A stretch of 64,000 bases of DNA from Heptranchias perlo (taxonomy: Eukaryota). The first letter of the stretch is position 1, and each line of letters opens with the position of its first letter. The position numbers were made by a program, and so were the translations under genes. The stretch spans positions 10,354,001 through 10,418,000 of the forward strand of contig NC_090366.1 of the NCBI RefSeq assembly GCF_035084215.1. Reading direction: 5' to 3'. The notes below the pieces were generated by a model. The model had not been told where the DNA came from and searched no databases. It saw only the letters and a list, made by a program, of their open reading frames with translations. Below are positions 12,789-24,700 of this stretch, piece by piece.

Positions 12789-15700
12789 TTAACAATGTTT
12801 TATTTTTGCATATTCGCAGATGTCCTCATTTTGGATAGATCGTTCCTGTTTGCGGAAGTTTGAGATATTGATAGATGCGGACAGAATCCCTTCATTCTGA
12901 TCTGGTTTGGTTGATTTCGTGATGCCAAGGCCAGGGGTTGTAATCCGAACAACATTCTGTAACGAAAGGTATTTGTGTTAGATATGGAGCTACTAAGGAC
13001 ATGAATTGAACGCAATTGGACTGTGCTGTCTTTTGCAGAGCAAATCATATTATGGCATCTCTGGTAGTATTCTATTGCCGCCGATCCATGAGATGATCAG
13101 TGAAGTCTTCATGCATGTAAGAAAGAACTTGCAATTATATAGCAGGACAGGCTGATAAGGACGTTAAAAAAACATGCGAGATGCTGGGCTTTATCAACAG
13201 TGGCATACATGGCAAATGAAGGGGAGTAATGCGAACCCTCTACAAATCACTCGTGAAGCTCCAGCAGGAGTATTGTGTACAGTTCTGAGCACCACATTTT
13301 AGGAAGGTTGTCAAAGCCTTGGAGAGGGTGCAGAGGAGATGTACCCGAATTATGCCAGGGATGAGAGTCTTCATTTATACGTAGAGACGAGAGACGCTGG
13401 GATTGTTCTCTTTACAGCGGATGGACTTAATAGATTTCTTCAAAATTATGAAAGGTTTTTATAGTGTAAATAAGGTGAAACTTTTTCCAGTTGGAGAGTC
13501 GGTAACCAAAGGACACACATTTAATATAATTGGCCAAAAGTACTAGAGTGGAGTTGAAGAGAATTTGTTTTTACGCAGCGAGTTGTTGTGATCTGGAATG
13601 CACTGCCTGAAAGCGTGGTCGAGGCAGATTGAATTGTAACTTGCAAATGGTAATTGGATATATGGTTGGAAAGGAGAAAAGTTGCAGTGCTTTCGGGAAA
13701 GTGCGAGAGGTGGTGGGGAGCCGATGGTGGTGCAGGGGTATGAGACTAATTGTAGAGCATTTTCCAAGATCCGGCACGGGCACGATGGGCTGAATGGCCT
13801 TCATGTGTGCTGTATGATTCTATGATTATGAAGACCTAAGCAATGCCATTCAATGAATAACTATTGAAGTGCCGTCTCGGGTTGTAGAAAATTGCAGCAA
13901 CTAGTGAATCACCTCTCTTTGGGTAAAGACATTACTCCTGCATTCCCTATTGGATTTATTAGCGACTATTTTATTTTTATGATCTCTAGTTTTGGACGCC
14001 CCCACAAGAGGAAACATTGGGCCTGATTTTAGCAGGCCTGCGGGTTTCCTGCGGGTTGGGTTTCGGGTGCGTGGCCTCCGCGCCCGGTGAAATTAGTGGG
14101 TTTCCCGCGCTGCTGGTCTGCGCGTCGGGCGGGCTGCGCATGCGCAGTACGATCTGTCATCGAGAGGCTCTCTAGTTAAAGGGGCAGTCCTCCACTGACA
14201 GATGCTGCAACCAATGGAACAAATTACAGCATGGAGCAGCCCAGGGGGAAGGCTGCTCCCAGTTTAATTATGCCTCACCCCAGGTATCATCAGATGGGGT
14301 GAGGAGGAGGGGGAGGACAGAGATCTTCCACCCGGCGGGCGGGAGGAAGCGGCCTGCCTCTGCCACCAAGAAGGCCTGGCTCGAGGTGGCAGAGGGGGTC
14401 ATCTGCATCACCAACATATCGCCCACCTGCATACAGTGCAGGAGGCGCTCCAGTGACCGCAGTAGGTCAGCCACAGTGAGAACACGTAGTCTTTCCCCTA
14501 CACTCCGTCTGCCACAACACTGCCCCCACCCCACATCTCCTTCGGCACCGCCAACACTACTCTGTCACATCACCCCTCATACCCACTCAAACCCCATCCT
14601 CATCTTACCTGCACCTACTCACCTCGCCAGTACTCACCCCGCCACTAACACGCAACCAAATCCTCATACAATCTCATGGCTCTATCCCATACTCACCCTC
14701 TCGTGCATCTCCCTCACGGCCAGCCTCACTCAACCTGCCACCACCTGTGCTGCAGCCACAGGGCATGCATCGCATATGTGCAGTAGGCAGCGTACGGCAA
14801 ACGTGTCGTGAGCATGAAGGGGATGCACAAGGGTGTCTGAGGGTTTGCCATGGGTGTTACCTATATTGAATTTCAGAGCAACAAACATCACACATTATAT
14901 TGGCACCACCACTGCCATGTCTCCGCGAATCCTGTATGTTGTATCCAATATGCCCGCTCCTGGGTATCACTATGAGGACCCACCACTGATGCCACCCATT
15001 GTGTTACTGCAGAGTAGGTGCAGGTGTATTTGCAGGGCTCTTCCGCACAGACGACTGAGAGACATCGGCGGTGTACCCGGCTGCACCCTGGAAGGATGCG
15101 GAGGAGAAGTTGTGGAGGGCAGTGGTGACTTTGGCAGCGACGGGTAAGCAGATGGTGCTGGGGCCAGCCAGGAGCAGCTCGGCATGAAAGAGCCTGCAGA
15201 TCTCCACGACTACATGTCGAGTGAATCTGCGCCTCCGTGTGCACTGCTGCTCGGAGAGGTCCGGGGAGCTGCGCCTCAGTCTGTGGACCCTGTGGCGAGG
15301 GTAGTGCCCTCTGCGACGCGTCTCTCTCTGCGGTAGCCCTCCCTCCTGCTGTACAGGTGGATGTGTCACAGCACTCTGTTGTGGAGCTCCACGTGTCAGA
15401 GGTGGACGGCGTGGATGGCGAGGCTGGTGATGCTGTTCACCCTCCGAGGAGGTCATGACTGCAGCTACGGCGGCCCCCATCCGCAATATGTACATCTGAG
15501 GGGATCCGCAAGGTAGGCACATGCCTCCGCACCCCGGGGTGAGTGTGCAGGTTGGTGACTTTGACCGTCAGGAGGGTGCTGGTGGAGGCCACACTTTGTC
15601 CCAAGTGACAGAGCGGCCTCTTGCAATGGGTGAGTGTCTCCCCTCCCCCCTACCTGTCAAATGGACCTTTGCAGCTGCCACAGGCTGACGGCTGCAACAC

Positions 15701-18700
15701 GTCCAGTAAAACTGGGACTGTTTCCCCCAGTGTGTGAAACAGTCCCATGTTTCCCCAAAATCACACACAGTCCCTTAATCAGGTCAGTTAATGACCTGAA
15801 CAAGCGAAATAAATAACCTCAAGTGGCATCCCGCTGGCTTTAATTGCCTGCGGGATTCCCACCAGCGGGGGCCACGCACGCACCCCCGCACGTCATCGGG
15901 GAACCCGGAAGTGGGCGGGATCGTGGCGCGATCCGGTCACGTGACTGGATATCGGGATTTTCGGGCCCCCCCGCTGGAAACCCACAGGAAACCCGACGGT
16001 AAAATCGTGCCCATTGTCTCTACGTTTACCCTATCAAACCCTTTCATAATCTTGAAGACCTTTACTAGGTCACCCCTCAGCCTTTCCTTTTCTAGAGAAA
16101 AGAGCCCCAGCCTGTTTAGACTTTCCTGATAAATATATCCTCTCACTTTCTTGCACCTTCCCCAATGCCTCTACCTCCTTTTTATAATATGGAGACCAGA
16201 ACTATGCACAGTACCCGAAGTGAGATCAAGCCAAGTTTCAATACAAGTTTAATATAACTTATCTGCTTTTCAATTCTATCCCTCTGAAAGTGAACCCCAG
16301 TGCTTGGTTTGCCGTTTTTATGGCCTTATTAACCTACAGCGCTAATTTTAGCAATTTGTATATCTGTACCCCCATATTCCTTTGCCCCAACTACACTCTT
16401 ACTATCCAAGCAATATTTGGCCTCTTTATTCTTCGTAACAAAACGCACCAGCTCACACTTATCTGTTTTGAAATTCGTTTGCCAATTAGGCGTGCATTCT
16501 GCACGTTTATTAACGTATTCTTGTCATTCCTCCCTTGTGTTAACTGTACCCCGTATTTTTTTGTCATCCGCAAATTTTCAAATTGTGCTCCCAATTCCCG
16601 AGTCCAAATCGTTGATGCAAATTGTGAACAACAGTGATCCCAGTCCCGATCCTTGTGGATCATCATTTATCTACGTTTGCCAGTGTGAATGGCGACCCTT
16701 AATCCCTACTCTCTGTTTTCTGTTTTGTAGCCAACTTGCTATCCATTCTATTACCTGTCCCCGGACTTCACACGCTCTGATCTTGGTCATGAGTCTACAG
16801 TGGGTACATTATCGAAGGCCTTTTGAAAATTCAATTATATTACATCTACTACATGACCTTCTCTACTCTTTCTGTTACTCAATCAAAGAATTCAGTAAGG
16901 TAGGTCAAGCATGATTTTCCATTCTGAAATCCGTGCTGACTATTCTTTATTATATTTTCGATTTCTAGATGATTTTCTATTAAATTTTGCGTAAAGTTTC
17001 CATTATCTGTCCTCCCACCGACGTTAAGCTAACTGGCCATTCGTTCCATGGACTTGTTCTATCTCCCTTTTTAAATACAGGAAAAACATTAGCTGCCCGC
17101 CAGTCCTCTGGCACTATTCCATCACTTTGTTTTATACATATAATAGTGTCTCTGCTTTCTTCTACCTAAAATATTTTATTATACACGGATGTAATCTGTC
17201 TGGACGAGGAGTCTTATCCTCTCTAAGTTTGATAAATTTATCAATTATCTCACACCTTTCTATCTTAAATGCCTTTATACCTGTTTTGATCTCCTCTCCT
17301 AAAGTCATACCCATCTTCTTAGTACCCATAATAAAAAATATTTAATATTCTGCCATTCCACTGTCATTACATATATTATCTTGTGCATCCATTATTGGCA
17401 CTATACCTATCCTGATTCTGCCTTTGTTATTTACGTGTCTGTAGTATACTTTACTATTTATTTTTTTATTGCTTGATAATTTAATTTCGTGGTTCCTATT
17501 TGCTCCCCTAATTACTTTCTTTAACACGTATCCTCCCTACCTTCTTCGTTTTCCCTTTTGTCATCCTCTCGTTTATTGTCTATGTACTTAGAATATGACG
17601 TTTTTAGTTTCAATTTTATCCTTATCTCTTTATTCATCCATGGTATTTGATTATTGGCTAGTTTGTTCGTGTTTTTTAGAGGGATATATTTCTCCTGAAC
17701 TCTATTGATCACCATTTTAAATATTTCCCACTGCTGTTCTATTTCTTTGTCTGTCATTTTTTCCCAACTTACCTTCCCTTGTTCCATTCTCATCCCCGCA
17801 AAATTATCTTTTATCCAACCAATTACTGTGGTCTTACATATATCTTTCTCAATGTTGAACATTTACCCCATGAGACCTAATGCCACAGGGGAGGGGGCAC
17901 TATCTGCTCTGATCTCGGTGTGTAATCACATAGGAAACTCATTCTTTTACAAAGGGCTCGAATTTAGCAGGCTTGCGGGTTCCCAGTGGGTGGTCCTCCG
18001 GAAGCGTGGAAAACGCGGACGGCTTATCGTGTGCGTCCCCCATGCGATCGCGGGATAATTGGACCGATTAAGCCCTGCTTCCGGGTTCTGCGCTCCCCAG
18101 CTGCGTGCCGGCCGGCTGCGCATGCGCAGTACCGTCGACGCGATGTAGGAGCTCCAGTTAAAGGGGCAGTCTCCCAAAGCCCCTCCTGCTACAAGCAAGC
18201 GGTTTGAGACGATGGCTCAGCAAAGGGGAAAGGCTGCGCCCCGTTTTTCAGATCTGGCACTGCAGCTGATGCTGGAGGGCGTGAGGAGGAGGAGGGAAAC
18301 ACTCTTCCCAGAAGATGGACGCAAGTTCCCTGCCGCCGCAACCAGGAAGGCATGGGCAGAGGTGGCGGCGGAGGTGAGCAGCAGGGGCAACACCCCAAGG
18401 ACTTGGGAGCAGTGCCGCAAGCGCTTCAATGACCTGACTAGGTCTGGCAAGGTGAGTACACCAACGCACCCTCCCACATCCCGTCCCCACCATCACGCCA
18501 AGCAGATCACAACCCCCTCCTGCACAGCCACCACTGCGCTCCATCAGCAATCCTCACAGCCAGTCATTCACCATCCTCGCCGTGCACGCAAGTACCCACC
18601 GTCCCTGGCCCCACCCGAACACTACCACACACCCCAATCCCCATGCAATGGGATGGGCACGTGGCCCACGCTTCCTCCCATCCGTTCCGCGCCACGCTCA

Positions 18701-21700
18701 ACCCAACCACACCGATGCTCGATGCGTCTCACGATGCAAGACGCACCCACTCACACATCTGTGTTTTGCCTTCACAGGAGAAGAGAAGCAAGAACAATAG
18801 GGAAAGGGCACGCACCGGAGGTGGGCCGCCGCAAGTGGTGGAGCTCACCGACGCAGAGGTGGAGGCGCTCGACCTCGCCCGCACGCGACATTGCCTGTCG
18901 GTGGCCGATGGCGAGTGTGTCGCTGCCGAAACGGCCGGTAAGGGAAAGCTGACACTCAACACCCATGATCGCGAGTTACCGTCTCATCACCTGCCATCAG
19001 GCGCACTGTCAAGTTGGTCCACATGCCTCAAAGTGCCCTCTGTTCTCTTGCAGGTCCGTCTTTGGGTGAAGCGATCGTGGAGGGCGATTCCTCAGAGGAC
19101 ATGGCGGTCTCTGAGGGTGCATCGTCACATCAGAGCCAACCATCCACCAGCGCAGAGACACGCACCTCGGTGGGTCCCCCTCGCCAACTAGTTGGGGTAG
19201 CACTTGGTGAGTCACCGCGCACGAGTGAGCATGAGCAGACCCTGGTGGCAGGGGCAGCCGCGGAGGGTCCGCGACGGAGGGAGCACTCATCTCCAGGCTC
19301 TGCTCAGCCGGACCCAGATGCTGAACCCAGGGGGCCACCAGTGAAAAGGAGAGTCGTCGAGGGCCACCAGCTAATTGCTGAGGTACTGGCAGAGGTGCCA
19401 CGCGCATTGTCCACAATAGCGCAGGCGATGGAGGAGTCCACCTCCTGCATGTGGGCATTGGTGGTGCAGGCACAGGAGGGTACCGGCGACACAGTGTAGC
19501 AGGTAGGTGCGGGACTGTCTGCGGTGGAGGACAGGCCGGCCTCCCTCGAGCGTCACGCACAGCTCAAGATCGAGTCCATGCAGGCCCTGACAACGTCTGT
19601 ACGGATTCAGGGTGAGCAACATTCCGACGCCATCAACAGGCTGAGGGATACACTAGGGGTGGCCTTGCAAGGCCTCACACATGCCATCCAAACTGCCGTC
19701 CAGCAGGGTGGAAGGGGTGATGTGGGCCGAGGCCAAGAGAGGGATGATGGTGACCGGGGACATGGAAGCGGGGACGCCTCTCAAGGCGCCCCCACATCCC
19801 ACCCGTCGCCCACCTCTCAACCAGTACCCGCAATGGTGCCTCCTCTCCAGGTGGCCGAGTCTGCCCCTGCCCCGGTGCAGGAGGAGCAGTCTGTGGAGGT
19901 GCCGTCACGGGCTCCGAAACCCAGGGGCCGTCCGCCAAAAGCATCTACCCGGTCAAGGCAAGAAGACGAGCAACCTGCCACTACCTCTGCTGGAGCCACA
20001 GGGGTAGCACCACGTAGGGGTTCCCGGAGAAGAATTGCAAAGGCCTTATAATCACAAAGGGTAAACACCAGGGTGTTTATTATTTCGTACTTTTTTTCTG
20101 ATATCATGTCACATTCGAGATATTAAATAGTCTATTCTCACCACTCCTGCCACCTCTCGTCCATTCTTCCACGGCTTGTGCAATAGGTGCGTTCCGTGGA
20201 GGCCATCATGACGGCGAACACCTGCTGCCACCCATTGGGCACACTGCTGTGGGTGCAGGATTACTGGCAGCACTCGTCAGTGGAGGGGGCTGGTATGGCC
20301 GCTCGCATGTGCAGGTGAGGAGATGCGAGCGCCTCACAGTTTGTGACTCTAGGAGAACCGTTGACGTATGAGTGCCTCCCTGGCCCGGCGACCATCCCGG
20401 TGAGTCGCGGCGCGGCGCATGGGTCGTCCAACATCCTCTGGCGCGTCCTCCTCCTCCGCCTCCTCCGCCTCCTCCTCCTCCTCCTCCTCCTCCTCGCCCT
20501 CGCCTTCCTCAATGTGGGTGGCGGGTGTGGATGGGGCCTGCTCCAGCGGCACCCCTCTCTGTTGGGCCATGTTGTGCAGGGCACAGCAGACAACTATGAT
20601 TCGTCCCACTCTGAATGGTGTGTATTGGAGCGCTCCCCCAGAACGATCAAGGCACCTGAAGCGCATCTTGAGAAGCCCTATGGTCTGCTCAATTGTAGAC
20701 CTGGTAGCAGTGTGGCTGTCATTGTACCGACGCTCCGGCTCGGTGATGGGGTTCCTCAGAGGTGTCATGAGCCACGTGTGGAGGGGATACCCCTTGTCGC
20801 CGAGGAGCCAGCCGTTGCCGGCGTTGGGTGCCTGCAGGATGGGCGGGACGGCGGACTCCCTGAGGACGAAGGCATCGTGGCAGCTGCCGGGGTATCTGGC
20901 GCACACGTGTAGGAATCTCTGGCGGTGGTCACAGATGAGCTGGGCGTTCATGAAGTGATACCCCTTCCTGTTGATGAACAGCCCTGGCTCATGCGGAGGT
21001 GCCCGTATTGCGATGTGGGTGCAGTCGATTACACCCTGCACCCGTAGGAAGCCGACCATGGCATGGAATCCAACCGCCCTCTCCGTCTGGCTGCGCTCGT
21101 CCATGGCGAAGTTGATGTAGTGGGAGGCCCTGCGGAACAACCCATCGGTGACCTGCCTTATGCACTTGTGTGCAGAGGACTGAGAGACCCCGGTGATGTC
21201 CCCGGTGGCACCCTGGAAGTAACCGGATGTGAAGAAGTTGAGGGCAGTGGTGACTTTGACGGCGACAGGTAAGAAGATGCTGCTTGGTCCATCAGGGAGC
21301 AGCTCGTCGTTAAGGAGGCTGCAGATGTCGGCGACTACCTGGCGATTGACTCTGAGCCTCCGTATGCACTGCTCCTCGGAGAGGTCCATGAAGCTGAGCC
21401 TCGCTCTGTACACCCTGTGCGGAGGGTAGTGCCTCCTGCGACGCATCTCTCTCTGCGGTTGCCCTCCCTCCTGCTGTGCAGGTGGGTGTGCCGCAGCACC
21501 GTGTTGGGGGGCCCCACCTCTCCGAGGCGGACGGCGTGGACTGCGAGGCTGCTGGGTCTGGTCATCCTGTTCGTCCTCCGACGATGTCAACGCACCACCC
21601 ATCTGGCAGGTGTTGGTCTGAGGGGTTGTGCAGGGTAGGTGGGTGGGTCCTCGGACTGGGGCTGCGGTTTCGTGTCGGTCTGTCCTCTGGCTTGGCGGGG

Positions 21701-24700
21701 GGTGGTGGAGGGCAGGGGTTGCCCTATGTGACGTGGTGGCCTCCTGCGTGGGTGAGGGCTCTCCCCCGTGGAGCGCACCTTGGCACCTGCCACAGGCTGC
21801 TGGCTGCAACACGCCTGGTTTGAAAGGTACTGTTTCCCCCAGTGTGGGAAACTCACTGCGTTGAACCTAAAATCCCACACTTCCTCTTTTGACAGCTGCT
21901 TCAGCTCATTAACTGACCACAACGAGCAAGGTAAGTACACTCAAGTGGAACCCCGCTGGCTTTAATTGCCTGCGGGATTCCCACCAGCGGGGCTTGCGCA
22001 CGCAGCCCCGCACGTCAGCGCGGTACCCGGAAGTGGCCGGGATTTCCTCGCGATCCGGTCACGTGACCGGATATCGGGATTTTCGTGGCCACCCCGCTGG
22101 GAACCCGCCGGAAACGCGATCGCAAAATCGAGCCCAAAGTGTTTGATTTGATCGGGAACGCCAATGCGAGAATCGTTCCCTAATCCCATTTACTAGGTCA
22201 CTACATTTAGAGTCTGTGGAAATACTTCACTCTTAGCGGCATGAGGAGGCTACTATTAGCTCAAAAACAACGGCCACCAAGTTTCTCAAACTTCCATTTA
22301 TCTGTTGGGTTTTGCTTACTTTGTGTCACTTGCTCGTTGAAAGCTAAATAAATATCCTACAAATGTCAATCCAGCGTGGCTTCACTCACCTCAGCGTTTC
22401 GTGCTTTCTGTACCACAGCGTAAATCACCGAATCACCATCCGTTTCTGAAACATACGCAGCTTCACCAAGTTTCTTCCTGAATAATCACAAATATAAATG
22501 ATGCACTTCGCATTATTAACTGAAATAAGTTTACCTAATTTATGCTGTAACTGTACAATGAACGAAGTCAGTAGGCTAGCAGAGATTTGTGTCCTTTCCA
22601 TTTCCTGATTAGCACACATTAGGCCTCATACCATTTCTTTTCAATTTCCACCTGACCACATTTCTAAAGAGAACGTTTTCTTTATCGATGAAGCTCTTCA
22701 ATGGCTTGGTGCTATTTGCACTGGGTGAAATTTGTTTGTACTAAATAACGGACAGAGGGGGCATGTTAAAAATTCAACGCCTTGTTAAACAGCAGATGGA
22801 AGAGTTCCAACGTGGAAACACATTCCTCACTATTATCACGTGGATGACTTCAAGCCGTTGGAGTTTGAAACGAGGAATCAATAATTCTCATTAATCGTCC
22901 TCAGATCATTCTTTCGTACCTCTGAAAGGAGCATTTTTACATTATTTCGCATGGAATTGGCTTCTGCAATTATGTCATGGTCGACGAAGGATTTAAAACT
23001 TACACAATTCAAACAATCTCATTCAGTAAGGACTGTTTCCCAATTATTGGCTGTTGTCAGGAGCCGCCTATGGGAGAAACCCCGTCATTCTTTTCAAATT
23101 TTAACCTTCTGTGTGATTTGTTGAAGGATAACTTTGATTGGCAACTCACGGTGAACCGAACAGATTGTTATTTGAACTCTATTGGAGCCGGTAACCTTTC
23201 TGAAGGTAAATATCAGCCTGTCCATTTTAAAGCACTGAGTTTGTCTGGGGATTTCGAAGAAAGCTAGCCAGGCCAAATAGTTTAACGAATTGGTGAGGAT
23301 AAGATGAGTACCGCTCCATAATGAATTTATTATATCATACTTTAATATATCAGTTGCACCCCATTTTTAAATATAATTTTCCACTCCAGGAGCCAAATAA
23401 ACTTAACAACTAGTGTAAATATACAGTTTCAAACAAATAGTATAATATACAAGTAATATATTTTTGCTTCATCAGTAAAACCTAAGTAAAATTCGAGTAT
23501 AAAGTTATTCTGAGACGTTCCCATGACGAGGAGGCTCGCGCGGGAGTGCCCAATAACCGCAGCGGCTGAAACAAACTGACGGCGATTCTATGTCCACCCC
23601 TTGAGCATGCGACAAACTTTACCCAGATTTCAGGGGAGTTTAAAACACTCCCTGGGACATAGGGCTCGAGCGATCAGCCACGCGAGCAGAACGAGAGGCT
23701 GAAGTCCAAAAATTACCAAGTTAAACATAAGGAAACAAAGCTCCAATAATGTAACAGGATGAATGTACAGGAAGCCGGATTCAAGCATCCACTAATATTA
23801 CTCTGTGGTTGGTGCTGGGAGATGAGATACTGTTCAGGGGAAGATTGCCCCTCCCCACACTGCTCCAATTCAGACTCACTGTTCTCAGTGGGTGGTTATT
23901 TAAACGAGTTTCTGTTACATAGTCTTTCTGATGCAAGGTCCACTTTATAGTTGTCTGAATACACCTCCAGTTTATGCAATTAAGAAACACTCATACCTTT
24001 GTCTCCTCACCGTTATCACGACTGCAATTAGAATAACCAGGCCAGCGGCTCCTCCTCCTAATATGAAGATATTTATCCAGGAGAATATTCCTAAAATGTT
24101 GGAAAAGGCACTTTAATGTATATACATTAATGTATTGTGACTAAAACACCAATCCTGGAAACACATTTATGAGTGTGAGGAAAAAAGCTTCCATCATGTT
24201 CGGATCATAAAGTTAATGGACAATCAGGGATTATATTCGGCCCATCCTGCGGATCCCTGCGTCGAAACAATTTGTTCCTGCGTTGCATTCTGGTATAAAT
24301 TTGTAATCAATAATTTAAGATTGATTTCTTATCTGTGGCGTACAAATCACATCTGAAAAATTGAGTGCACATGACAATTCCCTCAGTATGTTCCACACTC
24401 GGAAGAAACAATGCGCATAATTTAATCAGAATATAAGTCAGCCAACATCACGAGATGCAGCTGAAAGAGCAATAAACTATGCAGATAATTCAATTTCTCA
24501 TAGATTATGAAATACTGGCGTTCTATGCGCAGATGAGTCTGAACAAGATAGAAATGAGCTTGTATACACAAAAGGGTACGTTGCAGTTTGATATCCTATG
24601 TTGTGAGGAAACCGTATTTTAAAAAGGTTTTATCTTAATTCAGAAGAAGTTTTTTTTCAAGATTACCGACTATTTGTGCTGTACAGAAAGCTTCACCTAA

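Larger units (their letters stand above)
17954..22135. mobile_element. Full-length PIF/Harbinger DNA transposon (4182 bp)
   Basis: TIRs GGGCTCGAATTTAGC / GCAAAATCGAGCCC with TSD AAA (17951-53 / 22136-38). Two convergent genes. The paralogous empty site is at ~57690. Confidence 0.95.

Noticed and set aside
20349-21812. Domesticated host HARBI1 gene
   Set aside because: It lies within TIRs and a TSD, with a Myb partner and an empty paralogous site, so it is a transposon copy.
18189-22189. Many overlapping short ORFs, including poly-Arg/Pro/Leu/Ser ones
   Set aside because: Alternative frames of GC-rich Harbinger genes and the (GAG)n tract.
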